Assembly: GCA_963707635.1 (NCBI GenBank)
Contig: OY970173.1
Coordinates: 1,440,001 to 1,504,000 of the forward strand
Source: Candidatus Latescibacterota bacterium
GTDB taxonomy: Bacteria; Krumholzibacteriota; Krumholzibacteriia; WVZY01; JAKEHA01
DNA length: 64,000 nt
Direction of reading: 5' to 3'
Below the pieces are notes generated by a model that was given only the letters and a program-made list of their open reading frames with translations, was not told where the DNA came from and did no database searches. Shown here one piece after another: positions 20,381-30,291 of this stretch (positions are counted from its first letter, which is position 1; each line of letters opens with the position of its first letter). Made by a program: the position numbers and the translations under genes.

Positions 20381-20406
20381 CCCGCGCACACGAAAGCGAG
20401 ATTCAC

Positions 20407-21012
20407 ATGGTCCAGACGCCGTCCACGATGCTTCCCCTGGGTACCCCCGCGCCGGGCTTCCGACTGACGGAGCCCGCGAGCGGCCGGGTGTGGTCCCTCA
20501 CCGACTTCCGGTCCGACGCCCTCGTCGTCATGTTCATCTGCAACCACTGTCCGTTCGTGATTCACGTGCGCGACGGGATCACGCGTCTCGCGCGCGACTA
20601 CGCATCGCGCGGCGTCGACTTCGTGGCGATCAACGCGAACAGCGTCGAGTCGCACCCAGCGGACGGCCCGCCGCACATGGCCGAACTGGTGCGCGAGCTC
20701 GGGTGGAAGTTCCCGTTCCTCTTCGACGACACCCAGGCGGTCGCAAAGGCGTACCACGCCGCGTGCACCCCGGATTTCTACGTCTTCGACCGCGCGCACA
20801 CGCTGCGCTACCGCGGCCAGCTCGACGACAGCCGCCCCTCCAACGGCAAGCCCGTGACCGGCGTGGACCTGCGCGCCGCGATCGACGCGGTGCTGGCGGG
20901 GAAGCCGGCTGCGGTCGAGCAGCGCCCCAGCATCGGGTGCAACATCAAGTGGAAACCCGGGAGCGAGCCCGACTACTTCACCACGTTCATTTCGGCGAAA
21001 AAGACTGGTTGA
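20407..21012 (+). CDS. Thioredoxin/AhpC-TSA family protein
   Basis: FICNHCPFV, AACTPDFY, YRGQLDDSRP, PSIGCNIKWK. Confidence 0.92.
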   Translation: MVQTPSTMLPLGTPAPGFRLTEPASGRVWSLTDFRSDALVVMFICNHCPFVIHVRDGITRLARDYASRGVDFVAINANSVESHPADGPPHMAELVRELGWKFPFLFDDTQAVAKAYHAACTPDFYVFDRAHTLRYRGQLDDSRPSNGKPVTGVDLRAAIDAVLAGKPAAVEQRPSIGCNIKWKPGSEPDYFTTFISAKKTG

Positions 21013-21478
21013 ACGGGTTAGCCGCCGGCACCACGATTTTCACGAAGTCATGCTTCGCAGCGGTGTGGCAGGTGTTGCACGCGTTGATGAGACCGGAATA
21101 TGCCATGCCAGCCGCCGGCCAGTCGGACGCGGCCAGGGTCTTGACCAACGCCGGCTTGGCCGGATTGAACACCGACTTGACCAGCGACGCGATCGGGTAG
21201 TTGTCGTAGGTGGGGAACTTCTTTTCGATCACCTCGAAGCCTTCCTCGAGTTCCTCCAGGTAGAACTCGGCGAGCGGCTTGTTCTTGCCCTGGATCGCGA
21301 GCCCCAGCTTGTGCACGTAGTGCTGCTGGGTCGCCATGTAGGGGGCGAGCTCCTCGCCGGCCGGGGTGACGTCGGCGCGAGCGCTACCGACGAGCGATCC
21401 GCGCCAGGCGAGGACGGCCAGCGCGGCGTTCGCGAAGAGCGATGCGGTGAGAGCAGCGGCCATCCAACGAGATTTCAC
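20987..21478 (-). CDS. Exported mono-heme cytochrome c'-like helical protein
   Basis: GGAGGA RBS on the minus strand; N-terminal signal/anchor; C-terminal CNTCH. Confidence 0.7.
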   Translation of the reverse strand: MKSRWMAAALTASLFANAALAVLAWRGSLVGSARADVTPAGEELAPYMATQQHYVHKLGLAIQGKNKPLAEFYLEELEEGFEVIEKKFPTYDNYPIASLVKSVFNPAKPALVKTLAASDWPAAGMAYSGLINACNTCHTAAKHDFVKIVVPAANPFNQSFSPK

Positions 21479-21562
21479 GGTAGTCCTCCACGACTGAAAT
21501 TGGGTTATGATTGAAGGGGTGAAAGGCGACCGCCATTATAGTGAGTTCGCGCGGCCGCGCCA

Positions 21563-22804
21563 ATGACCAGGAGATTCGATACTCCACAAAGTTACGCGGG
21601 TCCCATCAGCTCGCGGATCAAGCGTGCTCGCCAGGCCGCCGACCCGCGCAAGCACGACCTGTCGCCGGCGGTGCTGGACTTCGGCCCGGTGCGCGTGCTG
21701 CTGGCGCGCCATTTCGGCTTCTGCTACGGGGTGGAGAACGCGGTCGAGATCGCCTACCGCACGCTCGCCGACCACCCGGACCGGCGCGTGTTCTTTCTGT
21801 CCGAGGTGATCCACAACCCGACGGTCAACGGCGACCTTCGCGATCGCGGCGTTCGTTTCATTTTTACACCCGCCGGCGAGCAGCTGGTTCCATGGCAGGA
21901 GATCACGCCCGCGGATGTGGTGGTGGTGCCGGCGTTCGGCACCACCCTCGAGTTGCAGGAGAAGCTGGCCGAGCGCGGCGTCGACGCCTACCGCTACAAC
22001 ACCACCTGCCCGTTCGTCGAGAAGGTGTGGAAGCGCAGCGCCCAACTGGGCGCCGACCGCTACACCGTGGTCGTCCATGGAAAGGACTCGCACGAAGAGA
22101 CGCGCGCGACATTCTCCCACAGCGTACGCGGCGCCCCCACGGTGGTGGTGCGCGACCTCGTCGAAGCCAGACTTCTGGGCGACGTGATCCGCGGTCTCAA
22201 GACGGTCGCCGACTTCGACCGTAGTTTTCGCCACAAGTGCTCGCCCGGCTTCGACCCCGATCGCGACCTCGCCCGCGTCGGCGTGGTCAACCAGACCACG
22301 ATGCTGGCGACGGAGACGCACGAGATCGCCCAGGAGCTGCGCCAGGCGCTCGTCGACCGCTACGGGGCGGACGCGATCGCCGGGCACTTTGCCGACACGT
22401 CCGACACGCTCTGCTACGCCACCTACGAGAACCAGAACGCGACCTACGCGTTGATCGAGCGGGGCGCCGACCTGGCGATCGTCGTCGGTGGATACAACTC
22501 GTCGAACACGTCGCACATCGTGGAGTTGTGCGCCCACGCGATGCCGACCTATTTCGTGCAGGGCGCCGAGGAGATCGTGTCCGAGCGCTCCATTCGTCAC
22601 TACTCACTCTCGTCGCGTGCCGTCGAGACCACGCCGGATTGGCTCCCGGGGAAGCGCCCGCTCGAGGTGGTGCTGACCTGCGGCGCGTCGTGTCCCGACG
22701 CCATCCTGGACGCGGTGTTGTGCCGGCTGCTCGCCCTGTTTCCGGGCTCGCGGCCGCTCGATCAGGTGCTGGAGGCATTCCCGGTGCCGGTCGCGGCGTC
22801 GTGA
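21563..22804 (+). CDS. ispH: 4-hydroxy-3-methylbut-2-enyl diphosphate reductase
   Basis: FGFCYGV, IHNP, TCPFV, HEET, NQTT, TLCYAT, VGGYNSSNT, GASCP. Confidence 0.95.
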   Translation: MTRRFDTPQSYAGPISSRIKRARQAADPRKHDLSPAVLDFGPVRVLLARHFGFCYGVENAVEIAYRTLADHPDRRVFFLSEVIHNPTVNGDLRDRGVRFIFTPAGEQLVPWQEITPADVVVVPAFGTTLELQEKLAERGVDAYRYNTTCPFVEKVWKRSAQLGADRYTVVVHGKDSHEETRATFSHSVRGAPTVVVRDLVEARLLGDVIRGLKTVADFDRSFRHKCSPGFDPDRDLARVGVVNQTTMLATETHEIAQELRQALVDRYGADAIAGHFADTSDTLCYATYENQNATYALIERGADLAIVVGGYNSSNTSHIVELCAHAMPTYFVQGAEEIVSERSIRHYSLSSRAVETTPDWLPGKRPLEVVLTCGASCPDAILDAVLCRLLALFPGSRPLDQVLEAFPVPVAAS

Positions 22805-22995
22805 TCGGTTCTTGCATGTGCCGCGGTACGCGGAATCAGTTCTCGGCCGCAACGCGTTACCAATAAACGAAGTGCCGCGCCGTTTGCGGCGCGGATACGG
22901 CGTTTTCTGCGCCTTTTGGCGCAGCGCCGCGGGTGAAAAAGCGGAAATTGGTGACCTCGGTGAGGCGCCTGGATCGAACGAGGAGAACGCGAGCC

Positions 22996-24778
22996 ATGAC
23001 AACGACCGTCGCACGCACCACCGCCATTCTCGCCGTTACGCTGGCCGGGCTCCTGGCGAACCCGGGGAGGGCGACCGCTATCCCGCCCCACGTCTCGACT
23101 GCCTTCCCCGTGGCGCAGCGGGCGAACATTTCCGCCAGCGCCGTCATCTCGGTGAACTTCGACGACGCGATCGACCCGACAACGGTGAACGAGATCACGT
23201 TCCGCGTGTTCGGCCGCTGGTCGGGGCCGGCCAGCGGGAGCTACGTCGTCACCCTCAACAACATCACGTTTACGCCGAGCGAACCGTTCTTCGCCGGGGA
23301 GTGGGTCACCGCTAGCTTGAGCAAGGGCATCAAGAGCATGTCCGGCGAGGCGCTGGCCAAGGGCTACGCGTGGAATTTCTGGATCAAGACCGTGGGCACG
23401 CTGCTCGACCTGGAGTACGTCGGTCGGATATCGACGCGCGAACACAACGAGACGGTGCACGTCGTACGGCGCCTACGCCGGCGACCTGGACAACGACGGG
23501 TGGGGCGATCTGACCGTTATCAACGAAATAACGAGCGACGCGCGCATATTCATGAACGAAGCCGGGACGTTCAGCGGGTCCTTCACCATCGAAAGTCTGG
23601 TGGACGGCGAAACTCCCAGCCCGAATGAGATGGGGGACTTCGATAACGATGGCGAGATCGACCTGGTGGTGGCGAACCTCGACAACGACAAGATCAGTAT
23701 TCTCTTCGGCGATGGCACGGGCGATTTCCCGAACGGGCGGAAGGTTTCCTATTCAGTCGCGCCGGCGGTGTCCCACCAGGTGAGGGGAGTAGGCGTCCTC
23801 GACCTGAATGGTGACGGCTGGGACGACATCATCGCGGCCGACTACTTTGGCAACCAGCTCTCGGTCTTTATCAACAACGGCGACGGCACCTTCGCCCCCG
23901 CGGTCGCCAAGGAGACCGGTGGCAACGGGGAGTACGCGCTCGCCATCGCCGACGCGAACAACGACGGCCTGCTGGACGTCTTCTCCGCGAACTTCGGCTC
24001 CACGCGTTACGTCACAGTTCTCTTGAGCGACGGCAACGGCGGACTCACTGCGCAAACGCCGACGGTGGTGGGCGGGCGCCCCTGGCAGATGGTGGCCGGT
24101 GACTTCAACAGCGACGGCAACGTCGACGTCGCGGCGGACAATACCTACGAGAACCGTGTCGCGGTCCTGTTCGGCAACGGGCTGGGCGGGCTGGCGGCTC
24201 CGAACTACTACGGCGTCGGAAGCTTCCCGCTCGCGATCGATACCGGCGACATCGATGGAGACGGTGACCTCGAGCTGGTGGCCAGCAACTACGACTCGGG
24301 CACGTGGACCCTCTACGAGAATCGCGACGGCATCTTCATGAACCCGCGCACGTTCAACTCGAGCTCGTCCGGCTCATGCATGACACTCCACGACCGCGAC
24401 AACGACGGCGACCTCGACATGACCGGCATCGACGAGATCGACGACTGGATTTACTTCTTCCAGAACGAGCCGCCGGTGACGGGAATCACTCCGGCGGTAG
24501 CGTCGGTGACACTCTTCCAGAACCACCCGAATCCGTTCAACCCGACGACGACGATCCGTTTCGAGTTGACCAAGTCTTCGCGCGTCGAGCTGGCCGTGTT
24601 CGATGCCGCCGGCGCGCGTGTGGCCGAGCTGGCGGACGGCGTCTACCCCGCGGGTGAGACCGACGTGAACTGGAACGGAACCGACCTGGAGGGCCACCGC
24701 GTCAGCTCCGGGGTTTATTTCTACCGGCTGGTGTCGGGGGCCGACGTGCTCACCCGCAAGATGGTGCTTCTCAAGTAG
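22996..24778 (+). CDS. Secreted Ig-like + FG-GAP/VCBS repeat protein with FlgD-Ig/T9SS-type C-terminal domain; frameshift near 23461
   Basis: AGGAG RBS, signal peptide, ISVNFDDAIDP Ig domain, GDFDNDGEIDL-type repeats, LFQNHPNPFNP...SGVYFYRL...RKMVLLK; removing one base at ~23461 restores SYGAYAGDLDNDG. Confidence 0.8.
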
Positions 24779-24804
24779 CCAGGGCGCGGTCTAGAGTCTC
24801 CGGC

Positions 24805-26784
24805 GTGAGGAGCCTCTGGAACGACGAGGACGTGCGTGCATGCGGCGCCGATCCGCTCGCGCTCCGCGTGTATTCATCCCGGCTCATCGGGCAGGAGCCC
24901 GACCTCGTTCTCCACGGCGGCGGCAACACCTCGGTCAAGACCCGGGCCGTCGATCTCTTCGGCGACTCCGTCGACGCCCTCTACGTGAAGGGAAGCGGGT
25001 GGGACCTGGCCACCATCGAGCGCGGCGGGTTTTCGCCGCTGCGCCTCGACGCCGTGCGGCGCATGGCGGACCTTCCCACCCTCTCGGACTCGAAGATGGT
25101 GGCGATGCTCCGGTCGCTACTCCTGGACCCCGCGGCGCCGACCCCCTCGGTCGAGGCGATTCTCCACGCCATCATGCCGTTCACCTACGTCGACCACACC
25201 CACGCCGACGCAGTCGTGACCATCACCAACACGCCGGACGGGGTCGGGCGCATCGGTGAAATCTACGGCAACCGCATATTCATCGTGCCGTACGTGATGC
25301 CGGGCTTCCTCCTCGCCAAGGAACTCTTCGACATGACGCGCGATATCGACTGGGCCGAGGTGGAGGGCGTCATCCTGATGAACCACGGCGTCTTCACCTT
25401 CGGCGACGACGCGCGGTCGAGTTACGAGCGCATGATCCAGATCGTGTCCGAAGCGGAGGACTACCTGGAGATGAAGGCGCCGCGCCCGCCCCAGCCGTCG
25501 GGGGACGACACCGTCTCGAGGGTGGACCTGATGGCGTTGGCGCGGCTGCGCCGCGCCGTGTCTCGAAAAGCCGGCGGCGCGCTGCTTGCGCGGCTCGACG
25601 CGGGAGCGACCAGCGCCGGGTTTGCCGCCCGCAGTGACGCGGCCCCGCTGGCCTCGCGGGGGCCGCTGACCCCGGACCACGTCGTGCGCACCAAGCGCGT
25701 GGCGCTGATCGTCGGCGACGACCTCGACGCGGACGTCGAAAAGTTCGCGCGGGAGTATTCGGAGTACTTCGCCCGCCACGCCGACGGCACCATGCGCGCG
25801 CTCGACCCCGCGCCCCGATGGGCGGTGTGGCCGGGGCGCGGCACGATCGCCTTCGGGCGCACGCTCGCCGATGCCATCATCGCGAGCGATATCGTCGCCC
25901 ACACCATCCCCGCCATCGAGCGCGCCGAGCAGCTCGGCGGGTGGACCGCGCTGGCCGAGGACGACGTCTTCGACGTCGAGTACTGGGAGCTCGAGCAGGC
26001 CAAGCTCGCGCGCGCCGACGCGCCCGCGGAGCTCGCGGGGCGCGTCGTGCTGGTGACCGGCGCCGCCAGCGGGATCGGGCGCGCGTGCGTCGAGCGCCTG
26101 GTGACCGCCGGCGCGTGCGTGGTCGCACTCGACGTGAACGACGCGGTGGGCTCGCTCTTCGGCGACGCCCGCGTGACCGCGCTGACCTGCGACGTCACCG
26201 ACGCCGCCGCGGTGGAATTCGCGGTAGAGGGCGCGGTGCGGCGCTTCGGTGGACTCGACGCGGTGGTGAGCAATGCGGGGACGTTTCCCGCGTCCGCGCC
26301 GATTGCCACGCTCACGTCCGCCACCTGGGAGAAGAGCCTCGCGATCAATCTCGACGCGCACCGCATCGTGCTGCAGAAAGCCATCCCCTTCCTCGAATCG
26401 GGCATCGATCCTGCAGTTGTCTTCGTGGGATCGAAGAACGTCCGGGCGCCCGGAAAAGGTGCCGCGGCCTACTCGGTTGCGAAGGCGGGACTTACCCAGC
26501 TCGCGCGCATCGCGGCGCTGGAACTCGCGCCCGCGGGAATTCGCGTCAACGTGTTGCACCCGAACGACGTGTTCGACACGGGGATATGGACCGCCGACGT
26601 TCTGGCCGCGCGCGCGAAGGAGTACGGGCTGGACGTGGAGAGCTACAAACGACGCAATCTGCTGCGGGTCGAGGTGACCTCGGCCGACGTCGCCGCGCTG
26701 GCGGTGGCCCTGGTCGGTCGCCTGTTCGCGAGGACGACCGGCGCGCAGATTCCCGTCGATGGCGGAAACGACCGCGTCGTGTAG
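24805..26784 (+). CDS. Bifunctional class II aldolase/short-chain dehydrogenase (RhaD-like fusion)
   Basis: HGGGNTSVK, PSVE, HTHAD, NHG; SDR part TGAASGIG, NAG, YSVAK. Confidence 0.9.
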   Translation: MRSLWNDEDVRACGADPLALRVYSSRLIGQEPDLVLHGGGNTSVKTRAVDLFGDSVDALYVKGSGWDLATIERGGFSPLRLDAVRRMADLPTLSDSKMVAMLRSLLLDPAAPTPSVEAILHAIMPFTYVDHTHADAVVTITNTPDGVGRIGEIYGNRIFIVPYVMPGFLLAKELFDMTRDIDWAEVEGVILMNHGVFTFGDDARSSYERMIQIVSEAEDYLEMKAPRPPQPSGDDTVSRVDLMALARLRRAVSRKAGGALLARLDAGATSAGFAARSDAAPLASRGPLTPDHVVRTKRVALIVGDDLDADVEKFAREYSEYFARHADGTMRALDPAPRWAVWPGRGTIAFGRTLADAIIASDIVAHTIPAIERAEQLGGWTALAEDDVFDVEYWELEQAKLARADAPAELAGRVVLVTGAASGIGRACVERLVTAGACVVALDVNDAVGSLFGDARVTALTCDVTDAAAVEFAVEGAVRRFGGLDAVVSNAGTFPASAPIATLTSATWEKSLAINLDAHRIVLQKAIPFLESGIDPAVVFVGSKNVRAPGKGAAAYSVAKAGLTQLARIAALELAPAGIRVNVLHPNDVFDTGIWTADVLAARAKEYGLDVESYKRRNLLRVEVTSADVAALAVALVGRLFARTTGAQIPVDGGNDRVV

Positions 26785-26829
26785 CAGCGTTCCTTGCCCC
26801 GCGCCGGGCGCGGGATTACCGTGGTGGAT

Positions 26830-27828
26830 ATGCGTTTGCTAGCGGGATTGGGCGCGCTGCTCGTTTGCCTCTTCGCCCCCGTCGTGGTTCCGGCGGGCGA
26901 GGGCGCCGGGTCGCTTCCCATCTGTGCCGTGTGCGGCAAGCCCATTACCGAGGACCTGTTCCAGACCAAGGGGCTCTCGTACCACTCGGACCACTTCCGC
27001 TGCGCGCACTGCGACCGCCCCATCACCGGGCCGTACAGCGAATACGGCGGGAAGAACTACCACACCGACTGCTTCGAGAACCACGTCGCGCTGAAGTGTT
27101 CGCTCTGTGGAGCGCTGATCCACGGCGAGTATCTGCAGGACTACTGGGGAAACTCCTACTGCTACCGTCACGACGGCGAGGCGCCGGTGTGCGACTCGTG
27201 CGGGCGTTTCATCTCCGACCAGACCACGGGCGGCGGCGTTCGATACGACGACGGACGCTTCGTGTGCAACCTCTGCCGGCCCAAGTCGATCACCGACGTC
27301 GACGAGATCCTGGAGCTGGTGCACGAGGTCGCGCAGCGCATGGCGACCTTCGGCATGGACGTGGACTACAACGGCGTCAAGATTCACCTGGTCGGCCGGG
27401 ACGACATGCAGAAACTGTCCGGCCACCATTCGGAAGGGCTGCGCGGGTTTACGGACTACCGCGAGGACTTTCGCGTGTTCGGAAAGTCCAAGAACCGCCG
27501 CATGGACATGTACCTCCTCTACGGCATGCCGCGCATGGAGCTGGTGAGCACGATCGCGCACGAGCTCGGCCACGTATGGCAGTTCAACCATGGCCGCTTC
27601 AAGAATGATCGCCTGTGGGCTGAGGGCAGCTGCAACTACGCCGCCTATCTCGTGCTGGGGCAGTATCCGGGGCGCGAGGGCTCGTTCTTCCGCACCAGTC
27701 TGACCCGCGACGAAGACTCGGTCTACGGCGAGGGCCTGCGGCGCGTGAAGACGCTCGCCGAGGCCGAGGGCACGAAGAAGTGGCTTCGCTATCTCTCCAG
27801 GAACGCCGACTTCCCGGCCGGGTACTGA
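26830..27828 (+). CDS. DA1-like protein: signal peptide + LIM + LIM-like zinc fingers + HEXXH metallopeptidase
   Basis: CxxC-x16-HxxH-x2-CxxC-x16-HxxC; CSLC..YWGNSYCYRH..CDSC..DGRFVCNLC; LYGMP, IAHELGHVW, EGSCN, VYGEG. Confidence 0.85.
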   Translation: MRLLAGLGALLVCLFAPVVVPAGEGAGSLPICAVCGKPITEDLFQTKGLSYHSDHFRCAHCDRPITGPYSEYGGKNYHTDCFENHVALKCSLCGALIHGEYLQDYWGNSYCYRHDGEAPVCDSCGRFISDQTTGGGVRYDDGRFVCNLCRPKSITDVDEILELVHEVAQRMATFGMDVDYNGVKIHLVGRDDMQKLSGHHSEGLRGFTDYREDFRVFGKSKNRRMDMYLLYGMPRMELVSTIAHELGHVWQFNHGRFKNDRLWAEGSCNYAAYLVLGQYPGREGSFFRTSLTRDEDSVYGEGLRRVKTLAEAEGTKKWLRYLSRNADFPAGY

Positions 27829-27840
27829 TTCTTGCGGCGT

Positions 27841-27932
27841 GGCGCGTGCAGCGTCACTCTCCCGCTCAGGTCCTCGCGCGCGATAGTTGAAAGCGCGCTA
27901 CGGATTCGCGTCCGAGTGACGCCGCACGCGCC
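27841..27932. repeat. 19-bp inverted repeat (one mismatch) enclosing 54 nt
   Basis: GGCGCGTGCAGCGTCACTC (27841-27859) and GAGTGACGCCGCACGCGCC (27914-27932). Confidence 0.85.
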
Positions 27933-27946
27933 CTGTCTCCAAACAC

Positions 27947-27975
27947 CTGACATCGTCGAATCGATGTGCTACCAT
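27947..27975 (+). promoter_or_regulatory. Putative sigma70 promoter with overlapping palindrome
   Basis: CTGACA-N17-TACCAT with extended -10 TG; ACATCG-N6-CGATGT at 27950-27967. Confidence 0.5.
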
Positions 27976-28032
27976 CGCCGCTCTGGCGACCGGTGAAAGG
28001 TCGTCCTATGTCGTTATCCTGAAAGGAGTTGA

Positions 28033-29070
28033 ATGGCCAAGCATCGGGTGGTCCTGCTGCCGGGCGACGGCATCGGCCCGGAAGTGGTCGAGGCGGCGCG
28101 CCGCGTCGTGGATGCATCCGGCCCCGACATCCAGTGGGTGCCGATGGAGATTGGTGCCATCGCGTTCGACAAGTACGGAGACGCGCTTCCCGCCGCCGTG
28201 CTGGACGAGATTCGCAAATGCGGGGTGGCGCTCAAGGGTCCCACCACCACGCCCATCGCCAAAGGACACGTGTCGGCAAACGTCCGGCTGCGCAGGGAGC
28301 TCGGACTGTTCGCGAACGTGCGGCCCGTCAAGACCGTGCCCGGGCTGGAGACTCCGTACGGGACGACGGACCTGGTCGTGGTGCGCGAGAACACCGAGAG
28401 CCTCTACGCGGGGCTCGAGAACGAAGTGGCGCCCGGCGTCATCACATCGATCAAGGTGATCACCGAAGTAGCCAGCCGTCGCATCGCCAGGTTCGCCTTC
28501 GAGTACGCGGTTCGGTGGGAGCGCAAGCGCGTGACCGCCGTGCACAAGGCGAACATCATGAAGATGGCCGACGGCCTCTTCCTCGAGTGTGCGCGCCAGG
28601 AGGCGGCGGCCTACGAGGGACGAATCAAGTTCGACGACATCCTGGTGGACGCGCTGGCGATGAAACTCGTCAGGAATCCCGCGCAATTCGACGTGCTCCT
28701 GCTCGAGAATCTCTACGGCGACATCGTCAGCGACCTGGCGGCGGGATTGATCGGTGGGCTGGGACTGGCGCCCGGCGCCAACTACGGACCCGATTGCGCC
28801 GTGTTCGAGGCGATCCACGGTTCCGCGCCCGACATCGCGGGCAAGGGCATCGCGAACCCGATCGCGATGATTCTCTCGTCGGCGATGATGTGTCATCATC
28901 TGGGCGACACGGAATCGTACGCGCGCATCCGCAAGGCGGTGCGCACCGTCACGAGCGAGCACCGCGAGTGGCTCACTCCAGACGTGGGCGGCCAGGGGAC
29001 ATCGCGCTCGCTGGCGGACGCAATCGTGCGCGAGGTGGAGCGGCGGCGCACGGAGAAGGTGGAGGACTGA
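28033..29070 (+). CDS. NAD-dependent isocitrate/isopropylmalate dehydrogenase family protein
   Basis: AAGGAG RBS; PGDGIGPEV, RENTE, HKANIMK, NLYGDIVSDL, FEAIHGSAPDIAG. Confidence 0.92.
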   Translation: MAKHRVVLLPGDGIGPEVVEAARRVVDASGPDIQWVPMEIGAIAFDKYGDALPAAVLDEIRKCGVALKGPTTTPIAKGHVSANVRLRRELGLFANVRPVKTVPGLETPYGTTDLVVVRENTESLYAGLENEVAPGVITSIKVITEVASRRIARFAFEYAVRWERKRVTAVHKANIMKMADGLFLECARQEAAAYEGRIKFDDILVDALAMKLVRNPAQFDVLLLENLYGDIVSDLAAGLIGGLGLAPGANYGPDCAVFEAIHGSAPDIAGKGIANPIAMILSSAMMCHHLGDTESYARIRKAVRTVTSEHREWLTPDVGGQGTSRSLADAIVREVERRRTEKVED

Positions 29071-29080
29071 GGAGTCTGCC

Positions 29081-30265
29081 ATGATCATCAAACCCAAGGT
29101 ACGAGGGTTCGTGTGCGTGACCACCCACCCGACCGGGTGCGCCGCCAACGTGCGCGCGCAGATCGACGTGGTGCGCGCGCGACCGAAGCTTGCCAACGGG
29201 CCGAAGCGGGCGCTGGTCATCGGCGCCTCGACCGGGTACGGTCTCGGCTCCCGGATCAGCGCCGCGTTCGGCGGCGGCGCGGCGACAATCGGCGTCTTTC
29301 TGGAGCGGCCGCCGGCGGAGAACCGTCCCGCGACCGCGGGCTGGTACAACTCGGTCGCATTCGAGAAGGAGGCGCGCGCGGCGGGACTCGCGGCGCGGAG
29401 TCTCAACGTCGATGCCTTTTCCGACCCGGGCAAGGCCAGCGTCATCGACGTCGTGAAATCGATGGGGCCGCTCGACCTGGTCGTGTACAGTCTGGCCTCT
29501 CCCAAACGCACGCACCCGAAGACCGGCGAGACCGCGAAATCGGTGCTCAAGCCGATCGGATCGACTTATCACGGCAAGACCCTCGACACCGACCGCGCGC
29601 TCGTGACCGACGTCACCATCGAGCCGGCCAGCGAGCAGGAGATTCGCGAAACCATCGCGGTCATGGGTGGAGATGACTGGGAGATGTGGATGGACACGCT
29701 CTCCCGCGCCGGGCTCCTGGCGCCGGGCTGCCGCAGCGTCGCGTACACCTACCTCGGTCCCCGCCTCACGTGGCCGATCTACCGCGACGGGACCATCGGC
29801 CGCGCCAAGGAAGATCTCGAGCGCGCGGCGCGCGTGATCGACACGCGCCTGCGCGCGAGCGGAGGCGGTGCCCATGTCTCCGTCATGAAGGCGGTCGTGA
29901 CCCAGGCCAGCAGCGCGATTCCGGTGGTGCCGCTCTACATCTCGCTCTTGTTTCGCCTCATGAAGGCGAAGGGGCTCCACGAGGGCTGCATCGAGCAGAC
30001 CCAGCGCATGTTCGACACGCGGCTCTACGCGCGCGAGTCGCCGGTGGACGAGAAGGGCCGCTTTCGCCTCGACGACTGGGAAATGCGCGACGACATCCAG
30101 GCCGAGATCGATCGGGTGTGGCCGAAGCTCACCACCGAGAATCTGCACGAGTTCACCGACTTCGCCGGGTACCAGGATGAGTTTCTCAAACTGTTCGGCT
30201 TCGGAATGACGGGCGTGGACTACGACGCCGAGGTGGAGCCGGTCGTCGAGTTCCAGGAACGGTAG
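29081..30265 (+). CDS. fabV: Enoyl-ACP/trans-2-enoyl-CoA reductase FabV
   Basis: MIIKPKVRGF, GASTGYGL, YSLASP, VMGGDDW, VTQASSAIP, HEGCIEQ. Confidence 0.95.
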   Translation: MIIKPKVRGFVCVTTHPTGCAANVRAQIDVVRARPKLANGPKRALVIGASTGYGLGSRISAAFGGGAATIGVFLERPPAENRPATAGWYNSVAFEKEARAAGLAARSLNVDAFSDPGKASVIDVVKSMGPLDLVVYSLASPKRTHPKTGETAKSVLKPIGSTYHGKTLDTDRALVTDVTIEPASEQEIRETIAVMGGDDWEMWMDTLSRAGLLAPGCRSVAYTYLGPRLTWPIYRDGTIGRAKEDLERAARVIDTRLRASGGGAHVSVMKAVVTQASSAIPVVPLYISLLFRLMKAKGLHEGCIEQTQRMFDTRLYARESPVDEKGRFRLDDWEMRDDIQAEIDRVWPKLTTENLHEFTDFAGYQDEFLKLFGFGMTGVDYDAEVEPVVEFQER

Positions 30266-30291
30266 CCCCGGGAGACCCGCGAGCGTCCATC

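Noticed and set aside
27866..27900. SRP (4.5S) RNA suggested by TCAGGTCC inside a long hairpin
   Set aside because: The conserved GGAAGGAAGCAGC continuation is absent.
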